DNA from: Perkinsela sp. CCAP 1560/9
Lineage: Eukaryota > Protista > Euglenozoa: Kinetoplastea
Direction: 5' to 3'
DNA length: 64,000 nucleotides
Assembly: GCA_965644495.1 (NCBI GenBank)
Contig: CBFFSA010000001.1
Span: 4,030,001 to 4,094,000 of the forward strand
In this document: positions 37,501-52,500 of the stretch, in pieces
How positions within the stretch are numbered: position 1 is the first letter of the stretch
Layout of the letters: every line of letters begins with the position of its first letter
The notes under the pieces: model-generated
Told to the model about the DNA's origin: nothing
Database searches by the model: none
Seen by the model: the letters and a program-made list of their open reading frames with translations, nothing else
Translations under genes and position numbers: made by a program

Positions 37501-40500
37501 GTGTTTCGTAAATATCGAGTGTTTTGTAAAGATCGAATTTTTTGTAAAGATCGAGTTTTTTGTAAAGATCGAGTTTTTAGCAAAGATCGAGTTTTTTGTA
37601 AAGATCGAGTTTTTTGTAAAGATCGAGTTGTTTGTAAAGATCGAGTTTTTTGTAAAGATCCAGTTTTATGTAAAGATCGAATCTTTTGTAAATATCGAGT
37701 GTTTCGTAAATATCGAGTTTTTTGTAAAGATCGAGTGTTTTGTAAAGATCGAGTTGTTTGTAAAGATCGAGTTTTTTGTAAAGATCCAGTTTTATGTAAA
37801 GATCGAATCTTTTGTAAATATCGAGTGTTTCGTAAATATCGAGTTTTTTGTAAAGATCGAGTGTTCTGTAATGATCGAGTGTTTTGTAAAGATCGAGTGT
37901 TTTGTAAAGATCGAGTTTTTTGTAAAGATCGAGTTTTTTGTAAAGATCGAATCATTTGTAAATATCGAGTGTTTCGTAAATATCGAGTTTTTTGTAAAGA
38001 TCGAGTGTTTTGTAAAGATCGAGTTTTTTGTAAAGATCGAGTTTTTTGTAAAGATCGAATCTTTTGTAAATATCGAGTGTTTCGTAAATATCGAGTTTTT
38101 TGTAAAGATCGAGTGTTTTGTAAAGATCCAGTTTTATGTAAAGATCGAGTTTTTTGTAAAGATCGAGTGTTTTGTAAAGATCAAGTTTTTAGTAAAGATC
38201 GAGTTTTATGTAAAGATCGAATTTTTAGTAAAGATCGAGTTTTTAGCAAAGATCGAGTTTTTTGTAAAGATCGAGTGTTTTGTAAAGATCGAGTGTTTCG
38301 TAAATATCGAGTTTTTCGTAAAGATCGAGTTTTTCGTAGAGATCGAGTTTTTAGCAATGATCGAGTTTTTTGTAAAGATCGAGTGTATTATAAAGATCGA
38401 GTTTTTAGCAAAGATCGAGTTTTTTCTAAAGATCGAGTTGTTTGTAAAGATCGAGTGTTTTGTAAAGATCCAGTTTTATGTAAAGATCGAGTGTTTTCTA
38501 AATATCGAGTGTTTCGTAAATATCGAGTTTTTTGTAAAGATCGAGTGTTTTGTAAAGATCGAGTGTTTTGTAAAGATCGAGTGTTTTGTAAAGATCGAGT
38601 GTTTTGTAAAGATCGAGTGTTTTGTAAAGATCGAGTTTTTTGTAAAGATCGAGTGTTTTGTAAAGCTTGAATTTTTTGGAAAGCTCGAATTTTCTGGAAA
38701 GATCGAGTGTTTTGTAAAGATCGAATCATTTGTAAATATCGAGTGTTTCGTAAATATCGAGTTTTTTGTAAAGATCATGTGTTTTGTAAAGATCGAGTGT
38801 TTTGTAAAGATCGAGTTTTTTGTAAAGATCGAGTGTTTTGTAAAGATCCAGTTTTATGTAAAGATCGAATCTTTTGTAAATATCGAGTGTTTCGTAAATA
38901 TCGAGTTTTTGTAAAGATCGAGTGTTTTGTAAAGCTCGAATTTTTTGTAAAGATCGAGTGTTTTGTAAAGATCGAATTTTTTGTAAAGATCGAGTGTTTT
39001 GTAAAGATCGAGTGTTTTGTAAAGATCGAGTGTTTTGTAAAGATCGAGTTTTTTGTAAAGATCGAATCATTTGTAAATATCGAGTGTTTGGTAAATATCG
39101 AGTTTTTTGTAAAGATCGAGTGTTTTGTAAAGATCGAGTTTTTTGTAAAGATCGACTTGTTTGTAAAGATCGAGTGTTTTGTAAAGATCCAGTTTTATGT
39201 AAAGATCGAATCTTTAGTAAATATCGAGTGTTTCGTAAATATCGAGTTTTTAGTAAAGATCGAGTGTTTTTTAAAGGTCGAATTTTTTGTAAAGATCGAG
39301 TGTTTTGTAAAGATCGAGTGTTTTGTAAAGATCGAATTTTTTGTAAAGATCGAGTTTTTTGTTAAGATCGAGTGTTTTGTAAAGATCGAGTGTTTTGTAA
39401 AGATCGAGTTTTTTGTAAATATCGAGTTTTTAGCAAAGATCGAGTTTTTTGTAAAGATCGAGTGTTTTGTAAAGATCGAGTTTTTAGCAAAGATCGAGTT
39501 TTTTGTAAAGATCGAGTTTTTAGCAAAGATCGAGTTTTTTGTAAAGATCGAGTGTTTTATAAAGATCGAGTTTTTAGCAAAGATCGTGTTTTTTGTAAAG
39601 ATCGAGTTGTTTGTAAAGATCGAGTGTTTTGTAAAGATCGAGTTTTTTGTAAAGATCGAATCATTTGTAAATATCGAGTGTTTCGTAAATATCGAGTTTT
39701 TTGTAAAGATCGAGTGTTTTGTAAAGATCGAGTTGTTTGTCAAGATCGAGTTTTTTGTAAAGATCCAGTTTTATGTAAAGATCGAGTGTTTTGTAAATAT
39801 CGAGTGTTTCGTAAATATCGAGTTTTTTGTAAAGATCGAGTGTTTTGTAAAGATCGAGTTTTTAGCAAAGATCGAGTTTTTTGTAAAGATCGAGTGTTTA
39901 GCAAAGATCGAGTTTTTTGTAAAGATCGAGTGTTTTATAAAGATCGAGTTTTTAGCAAAGATCGAGTTTTTTGTAAAGATCGAGTGTTTTGTAAAGATCG
40001 AGTGTTTCGTAAATATCGAGTTTTTCGTAAAGATCGAGTGTTTTGTAAAGATCGAGTTTTTTGTAAAGATCGAGTTTTTAGCAAAGATCGACTTTTTAGC
40101 AAAGATCGAGTTTTTTGTAAAGATCGAGTGTTTTGTAAAGATCGAGTGTTTCGTAAATATCGAGTTTTTCGTAAAGATCGAGTTTTTTGTAGAGATCGAG
40201 TTTTTTGTAAAGATCCAGTTTTTAGCAAAGATCGAGTGTTTTGTAAAGATCGAGTTGTTTGTAACGATCGAGTGTTTTGTAAAGATCCAGTTTTATGTAA
40301 AGATCAAATCTTTTTTTTAAATATTGAGTGTTTCGTAAATATCGAGTTTTTTGTAAAGATCGAGTTTTTAGCAAAGATCGAGTCTTTAGCAAAGATCGAG
40401 TTTTTTGTAAAGATCGAGTGTTTTGTAAAGATCGAGTGTTTTGTAAAGGTCGAGTGTTTCGTAAATATCGAGTTTTTCGTAAAGATCGAGTTTTTTGTAG

Positions 40501-43500
40501 AGATCGAGTTTTTTGTAAAGATCCAGTTTTTAGCAAGGTCGAGTGTTTTGTAAAGATCGAGTTGTTTGTAAAGATCGAGTGTTTTGTAAAGATCGAGTTT
40601 TTAGTAAAGATCGAGTTTTATGTAAAGATCGAGTTTTATGTAAAGATCGACTTTTTAGCAAAGATCGACTTTTTAGCAAAGATCGAGTTTTTTGTAAAGA
40701 TCGAGTGTTTTGTAAAGGTCGAGTGTTTCGTAAATATCGAGTTTTTCGTAAAGATCGAGTTTTTTGTAGAGATCGAGTTTTTTGTAAAGATCCAGTTTTT
40801 AGCAAGGTCGAGTGTTTTGTAAAGATCGAGTTGTTTGTAAAGATCGAGTGTTTTGTAAAGATCCAGTTTTATGTAAAGATCAAATCTTTTTTTTAAATAT
40901 CGAGTGTTTCGTAAATATCGAGTTTTTTGTAAAGATCGAGTTTTTAGCAAAGATCGAGTCTTTAGCAAAGATCGTGTTTTTTGTAAAGATCGAGTTTTTA
41001 GCAAAGATCGAGTTTTTTGTAAAGATCGAGTTTTTAGTAAAGATCGAGTGTTTTGTAAAGATCGAGTTTTTAGTAAAGATCGAGTTTTATGTAAAGATCG
41101 AGTTTTATGTAAAGATCAAGTTTTTAGCAAAGATCGAGTGTTTTGTAAAGATCGAGTGTTCCGTAAATATCGAGTTTTTCGTAAAGATCGAGTTTTTAGC
41201 AATGATCGAGTTTTTTGTAAAGATCGAGTTTTTTGTAAAGATCGAGTGTTTTGTAAATATCGAGTTTTTTGTAAAGATCGAGTTGTTTGTAAAGATCGAG
41301 TGTTTTGTAAAGATCGAGTTTTTTGTAAAGATCGAATCATTTGTAAATATCGAGTGTTTCGTAAATATCGAGTTTTTTGTAAAGATCGAGTGTTTTGTAA
41401 AGATCGAGTGTTTTGTAAAGATCCAGTTTTATGTAAAGATCGAGTTTTTTGTAAAGATCGAGTGTTTTGTAAAGATCGAGTTTTTAGTAAAGATCGAGTT
41501 TTTTGTAAAGATCGAGTTTTATGTAAAGATCGAATTTTTAGTAAAGATCGAGTTTTTAGCAAAGATCGACTTTTTAGCAAAGATCGAGTTTTTTGTAAAG
41601 ATCGAGTGTTTTGTAAAGATCGAGTGTTTCGTAAATATCGAGTTTTTCGTAAAGATCGAGTTTTTTGTAGAGATCGAGTTTTTTGTAAAGATCCAGTTTT
41701 TAGCAAAGATCGAGTGTTTTGTAAAGATCGAGTTGTTTGTAAAGATCGAGTGTTTTGTAAAGATCCAGTTTTATGTAAAGATCAAATCTTTTTTTTAAAT
41801 ATCGAGTGTTTCGTAAATATCGAGTTTTTTGTAAAGATCGAGTTTTTAGTAAAGATCGAGTTTTTTGTAAAGATCGAGTTTTATGTAAAGATCGAATTTT
41901 TAGTAAAGATCGAGTTTTTAGCAAAGATCGACTTTTTAGCAAAGATCGAGTTTTTTGTAAAGATCGAGTGTTTTGTAAAGATCGAGTGTTTCGTAAATAT
42001 CGAGTTTTTCGTAAAGATCGAGTTTTTTGTAGAGATCGAGTTTTTTGTAAAGATCCAGTTTTTAGCAAAGATCGAGTGTTTTGTAAAGATCGAGTGTTTT
42101 GTAAAGATCGAGTGTTTTGTAAATATCGAGTTTTTAGTAAAGATCGAGTGTTTTGTAAAGATCGAGTTTTTAGTAAAGATCGAGTTTTATGTAAAGATCG
42201 AGTTTTTAGCAAAGATCGAGTGTTTTGTAAAGATCGAGTGTTTCGTAAATATCGAGTTTTTCGTAAAGATCGAGTTTTTAGCAATGATCGAGTTTTTTGT
42301 AAAGATCGAGTTTTTTGTAAAGATCGAGTGTTTTGTAAATATCGAGTTTTTTGTAAAGATCGAGTTTTTAGCAACGATCGAGTTTTTTGTAAAGATCGAG
42401 TGTTTTGTAAAGATCGAATCTTTTGTAAATATCGAGTGTTTCGTAAATATCGAGTTTTTTGTAAAGATCGAGTGTTTTGTAAAGATCGAGTTTTTTGTAA
42501 AGATCGAGTTTTTAGCAAAGATCGAGTTTTTTGTAAAGATCGAGTTGTTTGTAAAGATCGAGTGTTTTGTAAAGATCCAGTTTTATGTAAAGATCGAGTG
42601 TTTTGTAAATATCGAGTGTTTCGTAAATATCGAGTTTTTTGTAAAGATCGAGTGTTTTGTAAAGATCGAATTTTTTCTAAAGATCGAGTGTTTTGTAAAG
42701 ATCGAGTGTTTTGTAAAGATCGAGTTTTTTGTGAAGATCGAGTGTTTTGTAAAGCTCGAATTTTTTGGAAAGCTCGAATTTTCTGGAAAGATCGAGTGTT
42801 TTGTAAAGATCGAATTATTTGTAAATATCGAGTGTTTCGTAAATATCGAGTTTTTTGTAAAGATCAAGTGTTTTGTAAAGATCGACCTGTTTGTAAAGAT
42901 CGAGTGTTTTGTAAAGATCCAGTTTTATGTAAAGATCGAATCTTTAGTAAATATCGAGTGTTTCGTAAATATCGAGTTTTTTGTAAAGATCGAGTGTTTT
43001 GTAAAGATCGAGTGTTTTGTAAAGATCGAATTTTTTGTAAATATCGAGTTTTTAGCAAAGATCGAGTTTTTTGTAAAGATCGAGTGTTTTGTAAATATCG
43101 AGTTTTTTGTTAAGATCGAGTGTTTTGTAAAGATCGAGTTTTTTGTAAAGATCGAGTTTTTAGCAATGATCGAGTTTTTTGTAAAGATCGAGTGTTTTGT
43201 AAAGATCGAGTGTTTTGTAAAGATCGAATCTTTTGTAAATATCGAGTGTTTCGTAAATATCGAGTTTTTTGTAAAGATCGAGTGTTTTGTAAAGATCGAG
43301 TTTTTTGTAAAGATCGAGTTTTATGTAAAGATCGAGTTTTTAGCAAAGATCGAGTTTTTTGTAAAGATCGAGTGTTTTATAAAGATCGAGTTTTTTGTAA
43401 AGATCGAGTTGTTTGTAACGATCGAGTGTTTTGTAAAGATCGAGTTTTTTGTAAAGATCGAATCATTTGTAAATATCGAGTGTTTCGTAAATATCGAGTT

Positions 43501-46500
43501 TTTTGTAAAGATCGAGTGTTTTGTAAAGATCGAGTTGTTTGTCAAGATCGAGTTTTTTGTAAAGATCCAGTTTTATGTAAAGATCGAATCTTTTGTAAAT
43601 GTCGAGTGTTTCGTAAATATCGAGTTTTTTGTAAAGATCGAGTGTTTTGTAAAGGTCGAATTTTTTTTTAAAGATCGAGTGTTTTGTAAAGATCGAGTGT
43701 TTTGTAAAGATCGAGTGTTTTGTAAAGATCGAGTGTTTTGTAAAGATCGAGTGTTTTGTAAAGATCGAATCATTTGTAAATATCGAGTGTTTCGTAAATA
43801 TCGAGTTTTTTGTAAAGATCGAGTGTTTTGTAAAGATCGAGTGTTTTGTAAAGATCGAGTTTTTTGTAAAGATCGAGTTTTTTTTTGAAGATCGAGTTTT
43901 TTGTAAAGATCGAGTTTTTTGTAAAGATCGAATCATTTGTAAATATCGAGTGTTTCGTAAATATCGAGTTTTTTGTAAAGATCGAGTGTTTTGTAAAGAT
44001 CGAGTTTTTTGTAAAGATCGAGTTTTTTTTGAAGATCGAGTTTTTTGTAAAGATCGAGTTTTTTGTAAAGATCGAATCTTTTGTAAATATCGAGTGTTTC
44101 GTAAATATCGAGTTTTTTGTAAAGATCGAGTGTTTTGTAAAGATCCAGTTTTATGTAAAGATCGAGTTTTTTGTAAAGATCGAGTGTTTTGTAAAGATCG
44201 AGTTTTTAGTAAAGATCGAGTTTTTTGTAAAGATCGAGTTTTATGTAAAGATCGAATTTTTAGTAAAGATCGAGTTTTTAGCAAAGATCGAGTTTTTAGC
44301 AAAGATCGAGTTTTTTGTAAAGATCGAGTGTTTTGTAAAGATCGAGTGTTTCGTAAATATCGAGTTTTTCGTAAAGATCGAGTTTTTTGTAGAGATCGAG
44401 TTTTTTGTAAAGATCCAGTTTTTAGCAAAGATCGAGTGTTTTGTAAAGATCGAGTTTTTTGTAAAGATCGAATCATTTGTAAATATCGAGTGTTTCGTAA
44501 ATATCGAGTGTTTTGTAAAGCTCGAATTTTTTGGAAAGCTCGAATTTTCTGGAAAGATCGAGTGTTTTGTAAAGATCGAATCATTTGTAAATATCGAGTG
44601 TTTCGTAAATATCGAGTTTTTTGTAAAGATCAAGTGTTTTGTAAAGATCGAGTTTTTTGTAAAGATCGAATCATTTGTAAATATCGAGTGTTTCGTAAAT
44701 ATCGAGTTTTTTGTAAAGATCGAGTGTTTTGTAAAGATCGAGTGTTTTGTAAAGATCCAGTTTTATGTAAAGATCGAGTTTTTTGTAAAGATCGAGTGTT
44801 TTGTAAAGATCGAGTTTTTAGTAAAGATCGAGTTTTTTGTAAAGATCGAGTTTTATGTAAAGATCGAATTTTTAGTGAAGATCGAGTTTTTAGCAAAGAT
44901 CGACTTTTTAGCAAAGATCGAGTTTTTTGTAAAGATCGAGTGTTTTGTAAAGATCGAGTGTTTCGTAAATATCGAGTTTTTAGTAAAGATCGAGTTTTTT
45001 GTAAAGATCGAGTTTTTAGTAAAGATCGAGTTTTTTGTAAAGATCGAGTTTTATGTAAACATCGAGTTTTTAGCAAAGATCGAGTGTTTTGTAAAGATCG
45101 AGTGTTTCGTAAATATCGAGTTTTTTGTAAAGATCGAGTTTTTAGCAAAGATCGAGTCTTTAGCAAAGATCGAGTTTTTTGTAAAGATCGAGTGTTTTGT
45201 AAAGATCGAGTGTTTTGTAAATATCGAGTTTTTAGTAAAGATCGAGTTTTTTGTAAAGATCGAGTTTTTAGTAAAGATCGAGTTTTTTGTAAAGATCGAG
45301 TTTTATGTAAACATCGAGTTTTTAGCAAAGATCGAGTGTTTTGTAAAGATCGAGTGTTTCGTAAATATCGAGTTTTTCGTAAAGATCGAGTTTTTAGCAA
45401 TGATCGAGTTTTTTGTAAAGATCGAGTTTTTTGTAAAGATCGAGTGTTTTGTAAATATCGAGTTTTTTGTAAAGATCGAGTTTTTAGCAACGATCGAGTT
45501 TTTTGTAAAGATCGAGTGTTTTGTAAAGATCGAATCTTTTGTAAATATCGAGTGTTTCGTAAATATCGAGTTTTTTGTAAAGATCGAGTGTTTTGTAAAG
45601 ATCGAGTTTTTTGTAAAGATCGAGTTTTTAGCAATGATCGAGTTTTTTGTAAAGATCGAGTGTTTTATAAAGATCGAGTTTTTAGCAAAGATCGAGTTTT
45701 TTGTAAAGATCGAGTTGTTTGTAAAGATCGAGTGTTTTGTAAAGATCCAGTTTTATGTAAAGATCGAGTGTTTTGTAAATATCGAGTGTTTCGTAAATAT
45801 CGAGTTTTTGGTAAAGATCGAGTGTTTTGTAAAGATCGAATTTTTTGTAAAGATCGAGTGTTTTGTAAAGATCGAGTGTTTTGTAAAGATCGAGTTTTTT
45901 GTGAAGATCGAGTGTTTTGTAAAGCTCGAATTTTTTGGAAAGCTCGAATTTTCTAGCGAATCAAGTGTTTTGTAAAGATCGACCTGTTTGTAAAGATCGA
46001 GTGTTTTGTAAAGATCCAGTTTTATGTAAAGATCGAATCTTTAGTAAATATCGAGTGTTTCGTAAATATCGAGTTTTTTGTAAAGATCGAGTGTTTTGTA
46101 AAGATCGAGTGTTTTGTAAAGATCGAATTTTTTGTAAAGATCGAGTTTTTTGTTAAGATCGAGTGTTTTGTAAAGATCGAGTGTTTTGTAAAGATCGAGT
46201 TTTTTGTAAATATCGAGTTTTTAGCAAAGATCGAGTTTTTTGTAAAGATCGAGTGTTTTGTAAATATCGAGTTTTTTGTAAAGATCGAGTTTTTAGCAAT
46301 GATCGAGTTTTTTGTAAAGATCGAGTGTTTTGTAAAGATCGAGTGTTTTATAAAGATCGAGTTTTTAGCAAGGATCGAGTTTTTTGTAAAGATCGAGTTG
46401 TTTGTAAAGATCGAGTGTTTTGTAAAGATCGAGTTTTTTGTAAAGATCGAATCATTTGTAAATATCGAGTGTTTCGTAAATATCGAGTTTTTTGTAAAGA

Positions 46501-49500
46501 TCGAGTGTTTTGTAAAGATCGAGTTGTTTGTCAAGATAGAGTTTTTTGTAAAGATCGAGTTTTTTGTAAAGATCGAATCATTTGTAAATATCGAGTGTTT
46601 CGTAAATATCGAGTTTTTTGTAAAGATCGAGTGTTTTGTAAAGATCGAGTTTTTTGTAAAGATCGAATCTTTTGTAAATATCGAGTGTTTCGTAAATATC
46701 GAGTTGTTTGTAAAGATCGAGTGTTTTGTAAAGATCCAGTTTTATGTAAAGATCGAGTTTTTTGTAAAGATCGAGTGTTTTGTAAAGATCGAGTTTTTAG
46801 TAAAGATCGAGTTTTTTGTAAAGATCGAGTTTTATGTAAAGATCGAATTTTTAGCAAAGAACGAGTGTTTTGTAAAGATCGAGTGTTTCGTAAATATCGA
46901 GTTTTTCGTAAAGATCGAGTTTTTAGCAATGATCGAGTTTTTTGTAAAGATCGAGTTTTTTGTAAAGATCGAGTGTTTTGTAAATATCGAGTTTTTTGTA
47001 AAGATCGAGTTTTTAGCAATGATCGAGTTTTTTGTAAAGATCGAGTGTTTTGTAAAGATCGAATCTTTTGTAAATATCGAGTGTTTCGTAAATATCGAGT
47101 TTCTTGTAAAGATCGAGTGTTTTGTAAAGATCGAGTTTTTTGTAAAGATCGAGTTTTTAGCAATGATCGAGTTTTTTGTCAAGATCGAGTGTTTTATAAA
47201 GATCGAGTTTTTAGCAAAGATCGAGTTTTTTGTAAAGATCGAGTTTTTTGTAAAGATCGAGTGTTTTGTAAATATCGAGTTTTTTGTAAAGATCGAGTTT
47301 TTAGCAATGATCGAGTTTTTTGTAAAGATCGAGTGTTTTGTAAAGATCGAGTGTTTTGTAAAGATCGAATCTTTTGTAAATATCGAGTGTTTCGTAAATA
47401 TCGAGTTTTTTGTAAAGATCGTGTGTTTTGTAAAGATCGAGTTTTTTGTAAAGATCGAGTTTTTAGCAATGATCGAGTTTTTTGTAAAGATCGAGTGTTT
47501 TATAAAGATCGAGTTTTTAGCAAAGATCGAGTTTTTTGTAAAGATCGAGTTTTTTGTAAAGATCGAGTTTTTTGTAAAGATCGAGTTTTTTGTAAAGATC
47601 GAGTTTTTTTAGCAAAGATCGAGTGTTTTGTAAAGATCGAGTGTTTCGTAAATATCGAGTTTTTTGTAAAGATCGAGTGTTTTGTAAATATCGAGTTTTT
47701 TGTAAAGATCGAGTTTTTAGCAATGATCGAGTTTTTTGTAAAGATCGAGTGTTTTGTAAAGATCGAATCTTTTGTAAATATCGAGTGTTTCGTAAATATC
47801 GAGTTTTTTGTAAAGATCGAGTGTTTTGTAAAGATCGCGTTTTTTGTAAAGATCGAGTTTTATGTAAAGATCGAGTTTTTAGCAAAGATCGAGTTTTTTG
47901 TAAAGATCGAGTGTTTTATAAAGATCGAGTTTTTAGTAAGGATCGAGTTTTTTGTAAAGATCGAGTTGTTTGTAAAGATCGAGTGTTTTGTAAAGATCGA
48001 GTTTTTTGTAAAGATCGAATCATTTGTAAATATCGTGTGTTTCGTAAATATCGAGTTTTTTGTAAAGATCGAGTGTTTTGTAAAGATCGAGTTGTTTGTC
48101 AAGATCGTGTTTTTTGTAAAGATCCAGTTTTATGTAAAGATCGAATCTTTTGTAAATGTCGAGTGTTTCGTAAATATCGAGTTTTTTGTAAAGATCGAGT
48201 GTTTTGTAAAGGTCGAGTGTTTTGTAAAGATCGAGTGTTTTGTAAAGATCGAGTGTTTTGTAAAGATCGAGTGTTTTGTAAGGTCGAGTTTTTTGTAAAG
48301 ATCGAGTTTTTTGTAAAGATCGAATCATTTGTAAATATCGAGTGTTTCGTAAATATCGAGTTTTTTGTAAAGATCGAGTGTTTTGTAAAGATCGAGTTTT
48401 TTGTAAAGATCGAGTTTTTTTTTGAAGATCGAGTTTTTTGTAAAGATCGAGTTTTTTGTAAAGATCGAATCTTTTGTAAATATCGAGTGTTTCGTAAATA
48501 TCGAGTTTTTTGTAAAGATCGAGTGTTTTGTAAAGATCCAGTTTTATGTAAAGATCGAGTTTTTTGTAAAGATCGAGTGTTTTGTAAAGATCGAGTTTTT
48601 AGTAAAGATCGAGTTTTTTGTAAAGATCGAGTGTTTTATAAAGATCGAGTTTTTAGCAAGGATCGAGTTTTTTGTAAAGATCGAGTTGTTTGTAAAGATC
48701 GAGTGTTTTGTAAAGATCGAGTTTTTTGTAAAGATCGAATCATTTGTAAATATCGAGTGTTTCGTAAATATCGAGTTTTTTGTAAAGATCGAGTGTTTTG
48801 TAAAGATCGAGTGTTTTGTAAAGATCCAGTTTTATGTAAAGATCGAGTTTTTTGTAAAGATCGAGTGTTTTGTAAAGATCGAGTTTTTAGTAAAGATCGA
48901 CTTTTTAGCAAAGATCGAGTTTTTTGTAAAGATCGAGTGTTTTGTAAAGATCGAGTGTTTCGTAAATATCGAGTTTTTCGTAAAGATCGAGTTTTTTGTA
49001 GAGATCGAGTTTTTTGTAAAGATCCAGTTTTTAGCAAAGATCGAGTGTTTTGTAAAGATCGAGTGTTTTGTAAAGATCGAGTGTTTTGTAAAGATCGAAT
49101 CTTTTGTAAATATCGAGTGTTTCGTAAATATCGAGTTTTTTGTAAAGATCGAGTGTTTTGTAAAGATCGAGTTTTTTGTAAAGATCGAGTTTTTAGCAAT
49201 GATCGAGTTTTTTGTAAAGATCGAGTGTTTTATAAAGGTCGAGTTTTTAGCAAAGATCGAGTTTTTTGTAAAGATCGAGTTGTTTGTAAAGATCAAGTGT
49301 TTTGTAAAGATCGACCTGTTTGTAAAGATCGAGTGTTTTGTAAAGATCCAGTTTTATGTAAAGATCGAATCTTTAGTAAATATCGAGTGTTTCGTAAATA
49401 TCGAGTTTTTTGTAAAGATCGAGTGTTTTGTAAAGATCGAGTGTTTTGTAAAGATCGAATTTTTTGTAAAGATCGAGTTTTTTGTTAAGATCGAGTGTTT

Positions 49501-52500
49501 TGTAAAGATCGAGTGTTTTGTAAAGATCGAGTTTTTTGTAAATATCGAGTTTTTAGCAAAGATCGAGTTTTTTGTAAAGATCGAGTGTTTTGTAAATATC
49601 GAGTTTTTTGTAAAGATCGAGTTTTTAGCAATGATCGAGTTTTTTGCAAAGATCGAGTGTTTTGTAAAGATCGAGTGTTTTGTAAAGATCGAATCTTTTG
49701 TAAATATCGAGTGTTTCGTAAATATCGAGTTTTTTGTAAAGATCGAGTGTTTTGTAAAGATCGAGTTTTTTGTAAAGATCGAGTTTTTAGCAAAGATCGA
49801 GTTTTTTGTAAAGATCGAGTTTTTAGCAAAGATCGAGTTTTTTGTAAAGATCGAGTGTTTTATAAAGATCGAGTTTTTAGCAAGGATCGAGTTTTTTGTA
49901 AAGATCGAGTTGTTTGTAAAGATCGAGTGTTTTGTAAAGATCGAGTTTTTTGTCAGGATCCAGTTTTATGTAAAGATCGAATCTTTTGTAAATGTCGAGT
50001 GTTTCGTAAATATCGAGTTTTTTGTAAAGATCGAGTGTTTTGTAAAGATCGAGTGTTTTGTAAAGATCGAGTGTTTTGTAAAGATCGAGTGTTTCGTAAA
50101 TATCGAGTTTTTTGTAAAGATCGAGTGTTTTGTAAAGATCGAGTTTTTTGTAAAGATCGAGTTTTTTTTTGAAGATCGAGTTTTTTGTAAAAATCGAGTT
50201 TTTTGTAAAGATCGAATCTTTTGTAAATATCGAGTGTTTCGTAAATATCGAGTTTTTTGTAAAGATCGAGTGTTTTGTAAAGATCGAGTTTTTTGTAAAG
50301 ATCGAGTTTTTTTTTGAAGATCGAGTTTTTTGTAAAGATCGAGTTTTTTGTAAAGATCGAATCTTTTGTAAATATCGAGTGTTTCGTAAATATCGAGTTT
50401 TTTGTAAAGATCGAGTGTTTTGTAAAGATCCAGTTTTATGTAAAGATCGAGTTTTTTGTAAAGATCGAGTGTTTTGTAAAGATCGAGTTTTTAGTAAAGA
50501 TCGAGTTTTTTGTAAAGATCGAGTTTTATGTAAAGATCGAATTTTTAGTAAAGATCGAGTTTTTAGCAAAGATCGAGTTTTTAGCAAAGATCGAGTTTTT
50601 TGTAAAGATCGAGTGTTTTGTAAAGATCGAGTGTTTCGTAAATATCGAGTTTTTCGTAAAGATCGAGTTTTTTGTAGAGATCGAGTTTTTTGTAAAGATC
50701 GAGTTTTTTGTAAAGATCGAGTTTTTAGCAAAGATCGAGTTTTTTGTAAAGATCGAGTTTTTAGCAAAGATCGAGTTTTTTGTAAAGATCGAGTGTTTTA
50801 TAAAGATCGAGTTTTTAGCAAGGATCGAGTTTTTTGTAAAGATCGAGTTGTTTGTAAAGATCGAGTCTTTTGTAAAGATCGAGTTTTTTGTAAAGATCGA
50901 ATCATTTGTAAATATCGAGTGTTTCGTAAATATCGAGTTTTTTGTAAAGATCGAGTGTTTTGTAAAGATCGAGTGTTTTGTAAAGATCGAGTGTTTTGTA
51001 AAGATCGAGTGTTTCGTAAATATCGAGTTTTTTGTAAAGATCGAGTGTTTTGTAAAGATCGAGTTTTTTGTAAAGATCGAGTTTTTTTTTGAAGATCGAG
51101 TTTTTTGTAAAGATCGAGTTTTTTGTAAAGATCGAATCTTTTGTAAATATCGAGTGTTTCGTAAATATCGAGTTTTTTGTAAAGATCGAGTGTTTTGTAA
51201 AGATCGAGTTTTTTGTAAAGATCGAGTTTTTTTTTGAAGATCGAGTTTTTTGTAAAGATCGAATCTTTTGTAAATATCGAGTGTTTCGTAAATATCGAGT
51301 TTTTTGTAAAGATCGAGTGTTTTGTAAAGATCCAGTTTTATGTAAAGATCGAGTTTTTTGTAAAGATCGAGTGTTTTGTAAAGATCGAGTTTTTAGTAAA
51401 GATCGAGTTTTTTGTAAAGATCGAGTTTTATATAAAGATCGAATTTTTAGTAAAGATCGAGTTTTTAGCAAAGATCGAGTTTTTAGCAAAGATCGAGTTT
51501 TTTGTAAAGATCGAGTGTTTTGTAAAGATCGAGTGTTTCGTAAATATCGAGTTTTTCGTAAAGATCGAGTTTTTAGCAATGATCGAGTTTTTTGTAAAGA
51601 TCGAGTTTTTTGTAAAGATCGAGTGTTTTGTAAATATCGAGTTTTTTGTAAAGATCGAGTTTTTTGTAGAGATCGAGTTTTTTGTAAAGATCCAGTTTTT
51701 AGCAAAGAACGAGTGTTTTGTAAAGATCGAGTGTTTCGTAAATATCGAGTTTTTCGTAAAGATCGAGTTTTTAGCAATGATCGAGTTTTTTGTAAAGATC
51801 GAGTTTTTTGTAAAGATCGAGTGTTTTGTAAATATCGAGTTTTTTGTAAAGATCGAGTTTTTAGCAATGATCGAGTTTTTTGTAAAGATCGAGTGTTTTG
51901 TAAAGATCGAATCTTTTGTAAATATCGAGTGTTTCGTAAATATCGAGTTTTTTGTAAAGATCGAGTGTTTTGTAAAGATCGAGTTTTTTGTAAAGATCGA
52001 GTTTTTTTAGCAAAGATCGAGTGTTTTGTAAAGATCGAGTGTTTCGTAAATATCGAGTTTTTCGTAAAGATCGAGTGTTTTGTAAAGATCGAGTTTTTTT
52101 AGCAAAGATCGAGTGTTTTGTAAAGATCGAGTGTTTTGTAAAGATCGAGTTTTTTGTCAGGATCCAGTTTTATGTAAAGATCGAATCTTTTGTAAATGTC
52201 GAGTGTTTCGTAAATATCGAGTTTTTTGTAAAGATCGAGTGTTTTGTAAAGATCGAGTGTTTTGTAAAGATCGAGTGTTTTGTAAAGATCGAGTGTTTCG
52301 TAAATATCGAGTTTTTTGTAAAGATCGAGTTTTTAGCAATGATCGAGTTTTTTGTAAAGATCGAGTTTTTTGTAAAGATCGAGTGTTTTGTAAATATCGA
52401 GTTTTTTGTAAAGATCGAGTTTTTAGCAATGATCGAGTTTTTTGTAAAGATCGAGTGTTTTGTAAAGATCGAGTGTTTTGTAAAGATCGAATCTTTTGTA